Source: Eledone cirrhosa
Lineage: Eukaryota
Assembly: GCA_964016885.1 (NCBI GenBank)
Contig: OZ024741.1
Location: forward strand, 298,964,001 to 299,028,000
DNA length: 64,000 bases
Direction: 5' to 3'
Shown here: piece by piece, positions 51,910-64,000 of the stretch
Position numbering within the stretch: the first letter of the stretch is position 1
Layout of the letters: every line of letters begins with the position of its first letter
Position numbers and translations under genes: made by a program
The notes under the pieces: model-generated
Told to the model about the DNA's origin: nothing
The model's database searches: none
The model's input: only the letters and a program-made list of their open reading frames with translations

Positions 51910-54900
51910 ATGGCCATAAGAGTAGGAAGTTTAAATGTTCGTGGCCTGGGGTCGCCCTGGAAGCAAGGTCACTTGCTCAACGACCTCAGGTCACTAGGAA
52001 TGGATGTAATTGCCATCAGCGAGACCAGAATTTCCGACACACGCGCACTGGCGCCGATTTTCGACGATTATCAGATCTTTGCATCTGTTAGTCGGCCGGG
52101 AATGGGAGGTGGAGTGGCTGTGCTGTTTAGGAAATGTCTGGATCTCGAGGTAAGGTCAATCTTCCGGGATCCTGACGGAAAGTTGGTGGTCCTGGACGTG
52201 AGCAATAGCGAAGGTGGTGCCTTTAGACTGGTGGCCGTCTACGCCCCTACTGGGGCCGGTCGGCCGGACTTCTTTAGGCGCCTGGAAAACTTTCTGCTTA
52301 CGTCTCGCCCTTTACTGTTAATAGGGGATTGGAATGGCATCTTAGAAGCACGCTGGGATTGTGTGGGAGTATCTGATAGGAGCGGGGGGTGCAAAAGCCT
52401 CAAGTACCTGATCAGCCAGTTTCAACTGTCTGACAGGTAACGACTAGATTTCCCTAATGCGCCAGTATGGACCTGGACCAATCGCATAGGGTCATCTAGA
52501 TCGTACATAGATAGGATTTTCATTAGGAAAAGAGATAGAAATAGTGTAGGATGTCCACATTTTAAAACGGTTGCCTATTCAGATCACAAGCTTGTGATCT
52601 GTATGGTCGACCTAGATAAGACACGTAGGTTAGGACCTAGCTACTGGAAGCTAAACATGTCGTTTCCGGCACGTAAAGCTTACAGGGACCGGGTCAACAA
52701 CTTAGTTAAGCAAAAGTTGACAGGGGGGGTTGTCAACAACAGGTGGTGGGGGGCTCTCAAAAGAGAGATTAGAGCAACCTCGATAGGATTTAGCAAAGAA
52801 GTAGCAATAGAGAAAAATAGAAAGGAGGAGGGGCTGATAGCTAAGTTAGACGAGGCTATTTGTAGTGGCATTGCAACAGACGTGCTAGCGGCGAGAATTG
52901 CACTAGACCATTTCTTCAATGCGAAACACGAAGGTTGCATTGTCAGAGCTAAGGCGCGTGCTCTGAGGAACGAGGGAACCAAAGCTACCCGATGGGCTCG
53001 CTTTGCAGAGACGCAGCGTGGAAATAAAACCACAATTCGGTCTTTGACGGATCGAGATGGACACGAACTGAGCGATTCCAAGCAGATGTGTGAGGCCTTT
53101 CGCCAGCACCTTGCTCGATTGTTCGGGAGGATGGGTGAGTCGGAGACGGCGGCGGACTTCAGTCCCTACCTCGACGGCTTGCCACGCCTCTCGACGGCCG
53201 ACGCTGAGCGCGGCGAAGAGCCGATAACATCAGTCGAAATTCAGGACGCCCTTGTCGGCTGCTCGAGTCGCAAGTCACCCGGTTTGGAAGGTCTGCCCTA
53301 CGAGCTTTACGTAAATATGCCAGACTTGTTCTCCGATTTCCTCGAAGCGCTCTACTGCAACTGGCAGCAGAACGGGAGCATTCCCAGTTCTGTGAGCCGT
53401 GGCGTAGTGACGCTGATAAGGAAAGACGAGAACAAGAGGGACACACTAGATAATTTCAGGCCCATAACCCTGCTCAACACAGAGTTTAAGATTTTGGCCA
53501 AGGTGTTAGCGAAAAGGTTGGCGCTTGTCGTCAAAGATTTGGTTGGGGAGGCGCAAACTTGCGCAATCCCGACCAGGTCCATACACGACAACCTCCACCT
53601 CATGCGATACATCATAGAGAGGGTTGGGTGCAAACCTGGCTTCGGTGGGGCTCTGATCAATTTAGATCAATCGAAAGCATTCGATAGGGTCGACCATCGG
53701 TACTTGGAGGCTGTCCTCGAGGCGGCTGGCTTCGGCCCCGTCTTCAGAAGCTGGATCGCTGCAATGTACAGCGGCATCTGCTCGGTGGTCAAAGTTAATG
53801 GCCACCTCTCGGAACCGTTTCAGATCTCTCGATCGGTCCGTCAAGGGTGCCCTCTCTCCTCACTTCTGTACGTATTGACTCTTGAGCCTCTACTGCGGAA
53901 GCTGGAGTTGTTGCAGGGCATCCCGCTCGAACCGGGACGTAGAAAGGCTGCGTCCGCTTATGCGGACGACATCACCGTGATGGTGTCGGACACCTCGGAA
54001 ATCGAGGTGATCCGCACCCATTTGGAGGAATATGAAAGGTTGACGGGAGCAAAACTTAACCCGGAAAAGTCGGTGGGCTTGCAGCTCGGCACCTGGAGAG
54101 GCAAGTCCATGCCGTCCAACAGCGTCGTTGGGCGCTGGACAGACGGACCGGTAAAGTTGCTCGGGGTTTGGTTCGGACCAGACCTCCAGGTGGATAAGAA
54201 TTGGGACGAGGTGACGAGCAGGATAGCCAACCTCACCCAGAAATGGGCTGAGAGAAAGCTATCACTGAAAGGGCGGGCGGAGGTGGCGAACGCGTACATC
54301 GCATCCGTCATCTACTACCACCTGACCGTCGTGCCTTGCCCCCGTCCACGCCTCGCCAATTTGGAACGGCTCCTTTTCAAATTTTTGTGGAGGGGACGGG
54401 TCCCGTTGGTGAGGCGGTCCATCTGTTGCCAGCACCCTCTTCGTGGAGGGCTGGGCATGCCGTGGCTAATGATGCGCAGACATGCGCTGAGGCTGCGACA
54501 TCTCCAGATATTTTGCCTAAACGGTGAACAGGTGTGGTCGCCGTTTGTTAGACGGGCCTTTCGGCAGCTCATCTCTTTGACTGAGCTGCAGTCCTGGGTC
54601 AAGAAGAGACCGAGACTGGGCGACTGGCATCTGGAATGTTGCCAGGCGCTCACTGCACTCTGCAAGGTGGGCAATGCGGTCAGTGGAACTTCCACTCAAG
54701 ATTTCTATAGAGGATTAGTGGAGGGCAAGTACGATGACGTACTAGGAGAGGCTCTAGGCGTCAACGAAGTAGAACTGACCAGTATGTTCCGGAGGACTTT
54801 CGAGCCGGGGACGATGGATAACTTCCAGAAATCCCTCGCTTGGCAGTGCTACCGGGGGGCGCTGCCTGTTCGGGATAAACTCTACAGGCACGGAAGTGCT

Positions 54901-55328
54901 GTCAGACGAACCTGCCCGAGATGCGCGCAGAGCGACGAAACCGTTCTGCACGCACTCGTCCAGTGTCCGTGCATTGCTGACTTGTGGGGTTCTGTCGAAC
55001 AGCTATTGTCGCGTGTAGAACGGATCCGGCTATCGTCCGAGTCCATAGTGAAGATTGACCCGCCGCCTTCTTTTGGTCAGGAAGGGCAGGCAATTTTCCT
55101 CTGCCTGGTGGCAGTAGCGAAAGAGGTTGCATGGTGGACCAGGTTGAAAGGACTGAAGACATACACTTTTCTCTTCGGCCAATCCCTCATCAAATTCTTC
55201 AAGTTTCACTTGGAAAGGGAGGTGAGGGTGGAGAGAGAAGTGCTGCCCCCAGTACATTTACTGAAAGGTGGGTGAATGTGGCGAGAATGGCCCGCGTGAG
55301 TGGGCCTACTCTGATCATGCGCCTGTAG
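51910..55328 (+). pseudogene. LINE ORF2: APE endonuclease, RT and C-terminal Zn finger; one premature stop and a terminal frameshift
   Basis: SLNVRGL, ISETR, GDWN, IDRIF, SDHK; stop at 52438-52440; NFRPITLLN, DQSKAFDRVDH, RQGCPLS, YADD, CPRC..ETVLHALVQC. Confidence 0.92.
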
Positions 55329-56114
55329 GCTGGTGAATTCGAGAAGGAGAGGGGTGCCCTTCCCGGGTGCCCTAGGAGCGTCGGGTGGCTCAGGACTGGT
55401 GGGGTGCTTGAGTCAACCCTGGGTGGTGATCCCTCTTATTGGGGAACTTTCATTGTTGTATTTTTATTGTTATTTTGTTTTTTGTTATTTATACTTACTC
55501 GATCTCTATGTAAACCCCCACTGTCCCTGTCTATTGTGTTGTCCCCTATATGTCGGCCTTTGTGGCCAATAAATGAAATCATTATTATTATTATTATTAT
55601 TGTTATTAATGTATGTGTGTGTGTATATGTGTGTGTGTATATGTGTATGCATGTGTGTGTGTATATGTGTGTGTGTATATGTGTATGTATGTGTGTGTGT
55701 ATATATATATATATTTCTATTTTTTTAAATATTCTTTTTTATTTATTTATTAATATTTTTTTTGTTTTTTTTTTTGTTTTTCTCCTCGTGCAATGGCCAC
55801 ACTCGATAACGAGGGGGCAGCCATCATGTATTCATGTATGTATGTATGTATGTATGTATGTTTGTATGTATGTTTGTTTGTATGTGGGGTGTATGTGTGT
55901 ACATATGTTTGTATATTTGTACGTATGTATGTATGTTTGTTTGTATGCATGTATGTATGTATGTATGTATGTTTGTATTTACGTATGTATTTATGTCTGT
56001 ATGTATGTACGTATGTACGTATGTATGTATGTTTGTATGTTAGTATGTATGTTGTATGTATGTATGTTAGTATGTCTGTATGTTAGTATGTATGTATGTT
56101 GTATGTATGTATGT

Positions 56115-56705
56115 TAGTAGGTAACATGTATCCCATTACAACCTGTCTTATGGTCGGGTCGTTGGCGACTAAACTGGCAACCCCACCAAGGTTTCTTGGT
56201 GAGGAGGGTGACTTTGGACATCCTGCAGGACTAAAAACAAAACCTATCAAAGGGCAAAGGAGCTCGTAAGAGTCAATGGCCATCCAAAATCACCGGGAGA
56301 GATGACCCCTTAGCCTTTGTCAAGGCAGAATTCTAGGAGAAGGAAAACTCTGATATAACACCTGCAACCCTGATGGTATCCAATGATGTTGACTTGTTCT
56401 TCTTTTTGGTAAATATCATCTTGGTTAAGAGAGTGGGACTGGCTTTGTGCAGTGCCTTTGCTCACTATAAAAGCTTCACGGCACAGGCATTGCTTTATAT
56501 CTGGAGATCTCTTTGCACTTGTCGTCACATGATACCATGGGCCCAGCACTATGTGTCAATAATTGTCACAAGTGTAGTGTTTGTACCAGAGTTTTCAAGT
56601 CGCTGGCTGGACTAAAAGGTCACACTCGTTCAGCGCATCGGTAGGGGTTCTCCTACATGGATATAAAGTAGTGGCCGTACTCGAAAACGAGTTGGCAGCC
56701 ACCAT
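56115..56705 (+). mobile_element. Non-autonomous bipartite RTE derivative (5' UTR fused to 3' end)
   Basis: Contains the RTE-type ggagaaggaaaactctga motif; 3' end gtggccgtactcgaaaacgagttggcagccacc matches the RTE end at 55792-55825; atgttagta on both flanks within (GTAT)n. Confidence 0.6.
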
Positions 56706-56896
56706 GTTAGTATGTATGTATGTATGTTTGAAAAATTATATGTATGCCTATTCGCGTGCTTGTTATTCTTTAACGTTGTAATGTGTTTTCCACGTCCTAA
56801 AACACTTTACAAAGTTAATGAATAACAAGCACAAGAAAAGTCGTTGTTATCATTTAAAAAAAATGTTTTAATCTTCTAAGGATTTCTTTTAGCTTC

Positions 56897-56944
<48 letters not shown>

Positions 56945-56947
<3 letters not shown>

Positions 56948-57190
56948 TGAACAACACAAAATATAACTAGTCCATTACCAACGGTTTCTGGTTTTCAGAC
57001 AATATTAATATACATCTGGATCGGTCATCAGACTGAGATGTTATCTGATGACAGATCGAGATGAATATAAATATTGTCTGGGATACAGAAACATCTCGTA
57101 TTGGAGTAGTTATATTTTGTGTTGTTCACTTTCTAATTAAATAGCACTGTTCTATACATAGAGCACTCTTTTTTTCATTGGAATTACCTA
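56945..57190. mobile_element. Fold-back element with back-to-back 5'-truncated hammerheads in (TA)n
   Basis: Arms 56945-57032/57044-57131; each reads CUGAUGA...cagaug...ugucug...GAAA-c....-GUA outward from the centre; unpaired tail to about 57190. Confidence 0.7.
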
Positions 57191-57196
57191 ACACAT

Positions 57197-57272
<76 letters not shown>

Positions 57273-57772
57273 AGATGAAGCTCAAAACTAAGGTTGTAAT
57301 AAACATTTCAGCGTTTTCCGAATCGCAAGGAAACCATTGGTTCAGAAGTTTCTGAGTCGTTAATCAGATGAGCGATAGCCAACCTCCTGAATAAGTCAAA
57401 CACAGCTAATTCATACTACTTCAAGAATTGAGCGTAGTGCTGTCGCTACTGGTTACAGCAACGTTTACCATCTGAGGCAGCCACTTGGGTCTAGATAAAC
57501 TAATCTAGGACGTTTGCCGGCAACAGGGTACATTTTAGAAAGCAGCCGAATATTTGGATAGAGCATATGATCTTGGCATTCAGGGCATCCGTTGTACATA
57601 AGTTTATGTAAGCGGCCTGTAATTCCTGATAGAGTATTACAGGTTCCTTTCGTCATTGCATGTCTGGCGGAGTCCATACCTCTGATTTCTTCCAGAGAAA
57701 GAAAGAATGACAGAAAGTGTGTGTGTGCGTCCGTGAGTGTGAGAGATATCGTGAATAAGAGAGAGAGAGAGA

Positions 57773-57868
<96 letters not shown>

Positions 57869-59476
57869 ATGCGTGTGTATGTGTGTGTGTGTGCGTCTGT
57901 GTGTGCGAGAAGAAAAATCTACTTCAGTACCGGACTGGTACTTTAATTAGCTGCCTCCAAAGGATTAAATACAAAGTTGGACGTAGAGTGCAGTGTACTA
58001 AAACAGATATCGAGTTAATTTTAATCGGACCTACCAACGGCTAAGTCAAATTTGCTGCCTTAGTTATTATACATACCTCTAGTTTGTATTTCCTGTTACA
58101 AGTACCACTACGGAATCGTAGTTTCGATTCTAGGTGGAAACAATTTTACATTGATTTTATATTGCTAATGTCCTTTTTACAAGTAACTTAGCAATGTAAT
58201 ATCCACCAGATTTCTTATTTCCCTATAGTCTAATATATTATACATTGCGTTTCTACCGAAGTACAAAAGAAACAATTAATTTTAACTCCATTCAGAAATC
58301 GTTTTCATAATATGATTTAATGAGTTTGGGCAGTTGTGTTTAAGAGAAAGTGAGGTTTCACCAAGAAGCAAATTTATAAATTGGCAAATAGAATTCTATA
58401 TTTCACGTATAGCATATCTTATTTCCCTGGCTGGTCCAATTTCAACATTTTAGTGTTCATGTCATGACAAATTTTTATCAATACTTGGTTTGAAAAAAGC
58501 GTTGTATCGTGTGGTTTACCTGAAAATCAATATGAAGTATTTAACTTTGCCATTTTAAAAATAGAAATCCAAGGCTCAGATTTTATTTAAAGTTCATTTT
58601 ATAAATTGTAGTTTTCAATTTTCTAGAAATCTCTACAACACGTATTGCATTTACCGAAATGTTTCACAATTGCCACAGAAAATTCGAAATTATCTTAATA
58701 TAGTTTATAGGCAAACGACATCCCGAGAACGACAGCGACACCAGCTTTACTCTACCATTGATAAAGTCTGATGCTAGCATACCTTTTTACCTTTTACTCT
58801 ACTGTTCTAACCCAAATCTCTGAAAGTTGCGCTTGAGAGTATATAATATTTACTGTTGAAATTGTTGCTATATTGTCTCAGGTCAGTTCTCATCAAAGAG
58901 ATATATAAATAGAAGCATTTCAGATGAGAACGCTTTGTCTAATATATCCCACAATTTCTATAGCTACTATTTAGGGTGACTACAAAGCGTTTCCATCATT
59001 GGCGGAGGGTGGCATTGTCTGCTGCCCTGTTCTATTGAAATCTACTTGCAGGTTGCCTTTTAGACGGACATCATGTTCGATTTAATATAACAATACTAGG
59101 CTAAAAGTGACTGGCCTGTCGTTCATGAGAATAGATATGTACTCTTTATGAGCTGCATGGTTGACTTAGTAGGTAACGAAGGTTATCAGAGACCAATTTA
59201 AGCCTTTTTATGTAATTTATATTTATCTTCCATTTTACATTGAGAAGGAATTACTGAAAATGCTGCAACAAATATGCAATAAAGTGTTAAAAGGGTAAAT
59301 TTGCGGGTAAACGCCAATACATATCAATGAGTGAGATATTTAAATACTATACTAAATAGAGGCATTTAAAGAGCCAAATAGATAGACATAAAAATATAGA
59401 ACTAATGCTGAAAATGGATAGAGGAATACAGGGTCAAAGAGAGGAGAGAGATATACTGAGTTAAATATATATATAG

Positions 59477-59511
<35 letters not shown>

Positions 59512-59600
59512 TCCAGACAGTTGTTTCTTGACATAAAATATTTTAACAGTTAATTAGAATTATTTGTGAAATAAACAAACATCACTGTTTATAAAACATC

Positions 59601-59788
59601 TTGGATTGGTAGTATCGGTAGAGGGTCAGACGACATGCTTTGACGAATAGAGTTACGGCCCTTGCCATTCTGAGTTCAAATTCTGCCGAGGTTAACTTTG
59701 CCTTTCATCTTTACGGGGTCGATAAAATAAAGTGCCAGTAATGCACTGGGTAATTGTGGCCTTGTGCCAAAAGTAGAAACAATTATAA
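59601..59788 (+). mobile_element. SINE family A
   Basis: Consensus match. Confidence 0.88.
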
Positions 59789-60099
59789 TCTTTATTGAAA
59801 AGAAGGATTTGCAAATGAAAAATAGATGTCAGAAACTCAAAGTGAAAAATAGTAGCAGCTGAAGGAAATAGTTCTGAGAAGTATTAACCTGAAGACAGCA
59901 TTAATATTTCTAAGATTCAGTTTTAGTTGATTTGCATATGAATATCTATTTAACTGTTGTATTGAATAGCGTAGAATCGATAGATAGTCCTAGGTCGGTT
60001 TCAGTTGCATGAAAAACGCAACAACCCACACATGAAATGAATGTGTAAATAGTTGAGAAATTTACAGACACGTTTACTCTCAACGTTATTCTTAGGGAG

Positions 60100-60280
60100 T
60101 GGATTTGCAGTATTGGTAGAGGGTCGGACACCATGCTTTGTAGCACAGAGTTACCTCCCTTTATGATCTGAGTTCAAATCCCGCCGAGGTTAACTTTACC
60201 TTTCATCCTTACGGGGTCGATAAAATAAAGTACCAGTAATGCACTGGGTAATTTATGGCCTTGTGCCAAAAGTAGAAACA
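60100..60280 (+). mobile_element. SINE family A inserted in SINE family B (-) with 15-bp TSD
   Basis: gttattcttagggag at 60085-60099 and 60281-60295. Confidence 0.9.
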
Positions 60281-60591
60281 GTTATTCTTAGGGAGATCCA
60301 GCGTGACACAGCGTGTGACAAAGCTGGCCATTTCAATTACAGGTTGATCAATCAAATAGGCTTCCAAACGATTTCCATCCACCCAATTTCCCTTACAATA
60401 TATGGGTCAACCCGAGGCTATGGTAAATAATGCTTGATCAATAATGCCATGCAGAGGAATCGAGACCGAGATTTAATGATTGCCATTGCAAAGCGAATTT
60501 CCTTTACTTATCCGGCCATAGATTTCCATCCATCTGTTATCGCTAGATAAACACCAGTCACCTATAAATACATTTTTGCGATTCTGTCACA

Positions 60592-60644
60592 TGCAAAGAG
60601 AGAGGAGTAGTTTGATTACCTCATACTACTCCTCTCTCTTTACA
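60592..60644. repeat. Short hairpin
   Basis: aaagagagaggagtagt / actactcctctctcttt. Confidence 0.75.
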
Positions 60645-62770
60645 TCTGTTGCCTGCATGAATGTATGTGTGTGTAAAAGGAAGGAAGGGAAGCGTGTCTT
60701 CGTTTGCACGTTTATATTTATATACTCATACATATAAATGTATGCACGTGCGCATACACACACGCGCACACATATACACATACGCGTCAGCGTATGGGGA
60801 AAAATTCTAGTATACTATAATGGATTCAATCAGCGACTATATTTCTTTCTGCGACTATATTTCAATTCTGGTTGGAACCAATTTGTTTCATTTACATATG
60901 CCCTTTTGAATGACATGGCCATCACGTTATCACATTTTAACACCTCTAGAATATAGAAACATTATACCCGCTATTAGGAAGCCAATACAGACGCATATAG
61001 ATGAATATCGTATATTTAAGTTAAGCTCCTTTTTGTGCAGCCTACCACACAGTCCCAATATCCTGCTTAAGCTTTTCCACTTCTTTTGTCTCGTTTGGCA
61101 AGTCTCTTTTTAAATTAATCTAAATGGAAGTTGTAAAATAACACGTGTTTAATTAATATATAAAAAATCAGTTAGTATTTTAAAGTTTCCTGGTATTCAA
61201 GGCATCCCTTTACTCATACATACGCACACAAACTCTCACCACTCACATACTGGCGTGCTCACGAACTTTCACAAACACCTGTCTTCCACTTTCACTTTGC
61301 GAATGACAGATATCTTTCCTACCCTTCATCTCCACTCCTATTCTCTTCTACTAGTAATCATATAGTCAGTACCTTCTTCCCTTATCAATTACCTCTATGA
61401 CTCACTGAAATAACACATGTATAATTTCTTTCTTTTCCCCTTTGCTTGAATGAAAATTGTCATGGTTGCGAAACGATGATCATTTTCCGTTGTATATATG
61501 GCTTCATACACTGATTTTACTTCTCTGTTTTTACATTACTGTTTTTTCATTGGATAAACTGAATTCACAACTGGAATCATCAAACAAGTTTGTGATTCTT
61601 GTTAATTTGTTCTGGTTCACATACAGGTTAACACAACTTTATCTGAAAAGACAACGTTTCTTCTTCTTCTTCTTCTTCTTCTTCTTCTTCTTCTTCTTCT
61701 TCTTCTTCGCCGACGTATTTCTGAGAGGATCGTGGGGTCAGTGTCATCATACGGTCCTGTGAGAAGCAATCATTTCCAACTGATCCGGCTGAATCCCCTG
61801 GTGAGACGAGCCAAGCTCATGCTTTTTTTTTTACTATTTAACACAATTAACAGTTGCGGGTAACAGATACCATTACATAGATTCGTGAAATTTCATTGAA
61901 ATACCTATGTAGACACGTTTGTACTTTTAGAGAGAACATTTGAAGGAAGAGTTACTATTACTTCTATCATAGAGCTGCTATTATTTTTTACTTAGGATTT
62001 TCTTTGAATGGGAATAAAAAAGAACATAAAACTTTAGTTGTAGAAGGCTGTTTTGATAATTAATTTATATTGAAAAGTTAATTTGATACAGTTTAAAGTG
62101 AGATGATCTCTTTGCTCCAGTGTTTGTTAAATAAAGAGGTCATCTACTTGAATTAAACTTCATAGATTAGGCAACATTTGTGATTTTGTGTGCAATGTAT
62201 TATTCTTTTCCTTTGAATTATTTGAAAATATTATTGTAGCTTTTCAGTGTTGGCATAAAACCTTCCATAGCCTAAATATGTATTTAAAAAAAAATTACAG
62301 CGTTCATATTTTCAAAGTCTAATTGTCACAATAGTGAAATATGACTGTGCATCATATAAATTAAATCTTTTTCTCAGACTTATGAGAAATGCTAAAGCAA
62401 TCTATTATGTATCAAGAGAATTATTCTTATTGTTTACGATAAAATCGGCCCTAGTGGCCAATAAAAAAAAACAACATTATTTACGATAAAATCAGTTCAG
62501 AGAATTTACTAATAACATTACAGCATTCTTCCTAAAGCAGATTTTGTAATTGTATGTAAGTTCCTACAGAATAAGACAAAACTCACTTTATCTGATTGCT
62601 TTCAACTTGTATGTTAATATAAGCGCGATAAAAGCCTGCCATTTGACATATTTACGCTTTATGTATAGCTACAGGTTTCCATCACCTGAAACACGAAAGA
62701 TTACAATTCCATTGAATCTACATTTGCGCTTCTCAAAATTATTATATGTAACTTGTATTATATAATAAAA

Positions 62771-62961
62771 GGGCGGTGAATTGGCAGTATCTGTAAAGGG
62801 TCGGACGCCATGTTTTCTAGCATACTTACGTCCCTTTACGGTCTGAGTTCAAATCCCGTCGGGGTTAACTTTGCCTTTCATCCTTACGGGGTCGATAAAA
62901 TAAAGTACCAGTAATGTACTGAGTAATTGCTGGCCTTGTGCCAAAAGTAGAAACAATTATA
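62771..62961 (+). mobile_element. Young SINE family A with TSD
   Basis: Full consensus match; attatataat on both flanks. Confidence 0.9.
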
Positions 62962-63239
62962 TAATTTTTCAAGAGCAATAGTTATCACTAAAGGAAATAG
63001 TTTGTGGTATTTTGTTACTACTCTTTACGTGTTACGTTCAAGTTCTGCTTACTAGATTAAATTATTTTCAGTCAAGTATTCGATAAGCAAAACAAGCATT
63101 CAGGCAGACTATCCGCCGATTTCCACTAAAGTTGGTGTGACACATTCAGTATCTCGGGGCCGCTTTCACGAGTAATAGAAGCTAGTAAGGTGAAGTAAGT
63201 TCAAAAATTGCAAGAGATGGTTAGGTAATGCACCAGCTT

Positions 63240-63690
63240 CAGCATTCGGTCATCAGTTAGGGAAGGTAGGGGGTAGAATCCAAACTCACTATCTACAATT
63301 CAGTGTCGTGCCAACCATTACCTATGATCATAATTCTTGGGTAATGACCGAAGGAATACGATAGCGGATACAAACGGTGGAAAGGGCACTCCACCGAAAT
63401 GTCTTTAGATAGAATGCGTAGATCGGAGTTCAGGGACTCACTGCAGGCTGAACCACTACTTCTGCGAATTGAGAAATCGGAGCATTTATACAGATAGTCT
63501 GAAGAATGAATCGGTTACCAAAGCTATCCATCTTTGGGCCCAGAGGTAAATGACGGACAATATTGTTAGATAATATCCATAAGTTGAGGTTGTCTCGCTT
63601 GGGAAATCCATTTGGATCAATTTAAGAAGGTTATTTCTGATAGGACCCATGGACAGGCGGGTTTCAGAACTTTTCCGGGAATAGGTGGAT
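63240..63690 (+). mobile_element. Degenerate RTE LINE fragment
   Basis: KLTIYNSV..PTITYDHNSWVMTEGIR.RIQT remnant, similar to 3850-4245. Confidence 0.6.
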
Positions 63691-63694
63691 AGAA

Positions 63695-63727
<33 letters not shown>

Positions 63728-63730
<3 letters not shown>

Positions 63731-64000
63731 GAACTGCTACAGAAACTGGCTAAGAAATGGCAAGAAAAGCCTCTGTATGGAAAATACCCAGAGCGAGCTA
63801 ACAATCCTGATGTTGACAAAACCTTAACCCATCAGTGGTTGGAATCCTCTGGACTGAAATCGGAGACTGAAGGACTGATTATATCAGCACAAGATCAGTG
63901 TCTGCCAACAAAAAATTACCAAGCCAACATAATAAAACATGGATGCAGCCCATTATGCCGTGTATGCAAAAAACAACCAGAGACCATTGACCATATAATT
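63728..64000 (+). mobile_element. R4/Dong-like non-LTR element, 5'-truncated, open to the window edge
   Basis: KWQEKPLYGKY...THQWLESSGLKSETEGLIISAQDQCLPTKNYQANIIKHGCSPLCRVCKKQPETIDHI; directly preceded by (TAA)n. Confidence 0.85.

Larger units (their letters stand above)
49761..55580 (+). mobile_element. Near full-length Tx1/L1-clade LINE inserted in (ATT)n
   Basis: 5' UTR, ORF1, ORF2 and 3' UTR ending aataaatgaaatc; (ATT)n on both sides. Confidence 0.92.
48063..55830 (+). mobile_element. 5'-truncated RTE (BovB-like) LINE, interrupted in its 3' region by a Tx1 insertion
   Basis: FVDLTKAFDTVNR, GV*QG, LLYADD, YLGS, RLRWSGHLARM; C2H2 fingers at 49331-49633; 3' end ggcagccatc plus (ATGT)n resumes at about 55790-55830. 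Confidence 0.8.

Noticed and set aside
57465-57677. Cys-containing minus-strand ORF as an upstream GPCR exon
   Set aside because: No DINQC-type or other family motif recognised

Overview
AT-rich, microsatellite-dense animal genomic DNA. The SINE families and (TA)n density suggest a mollusc, probably an octopus (inference). Five short minus-strand exons, largely missed by the ORF track, splice in frame into the Cys-rich and TM1-TM4 region of a class C orphan GPCR of the GPR158/GPR179/Drosophila CG31760 type. The rest of the window is its introns or flanks, filled with retroelements: a degenerate Neptune-type Penelope-like element (RT + GIY-YIG), a near-full-length Tx1/L1-clade LINE nested in an RTE element, R4/Dong-like REL fragments, RTE fragments, two tRNA-derived SINE families, and mariner, Chapaev-like and MITE remnants. 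The most notable hidden layer is more than ten type I hammerhead ribozyme motifs (intact and degenerate), read by eye, inside small non-coding elements in or beside (TA)n tracts. These include fold-back palindromes with back-to-back hammerheads and a 629-nt terminally redundant, ORF-less, retrozyme-like unit. Many are in the sense orientation of the GPCR pre-mRNA. Most ORF-track entries (YIYIYI, THTHTH, SLSLSL) are microsatellite artefacts. All motif and family calls were made by eye and need computational confirmation.
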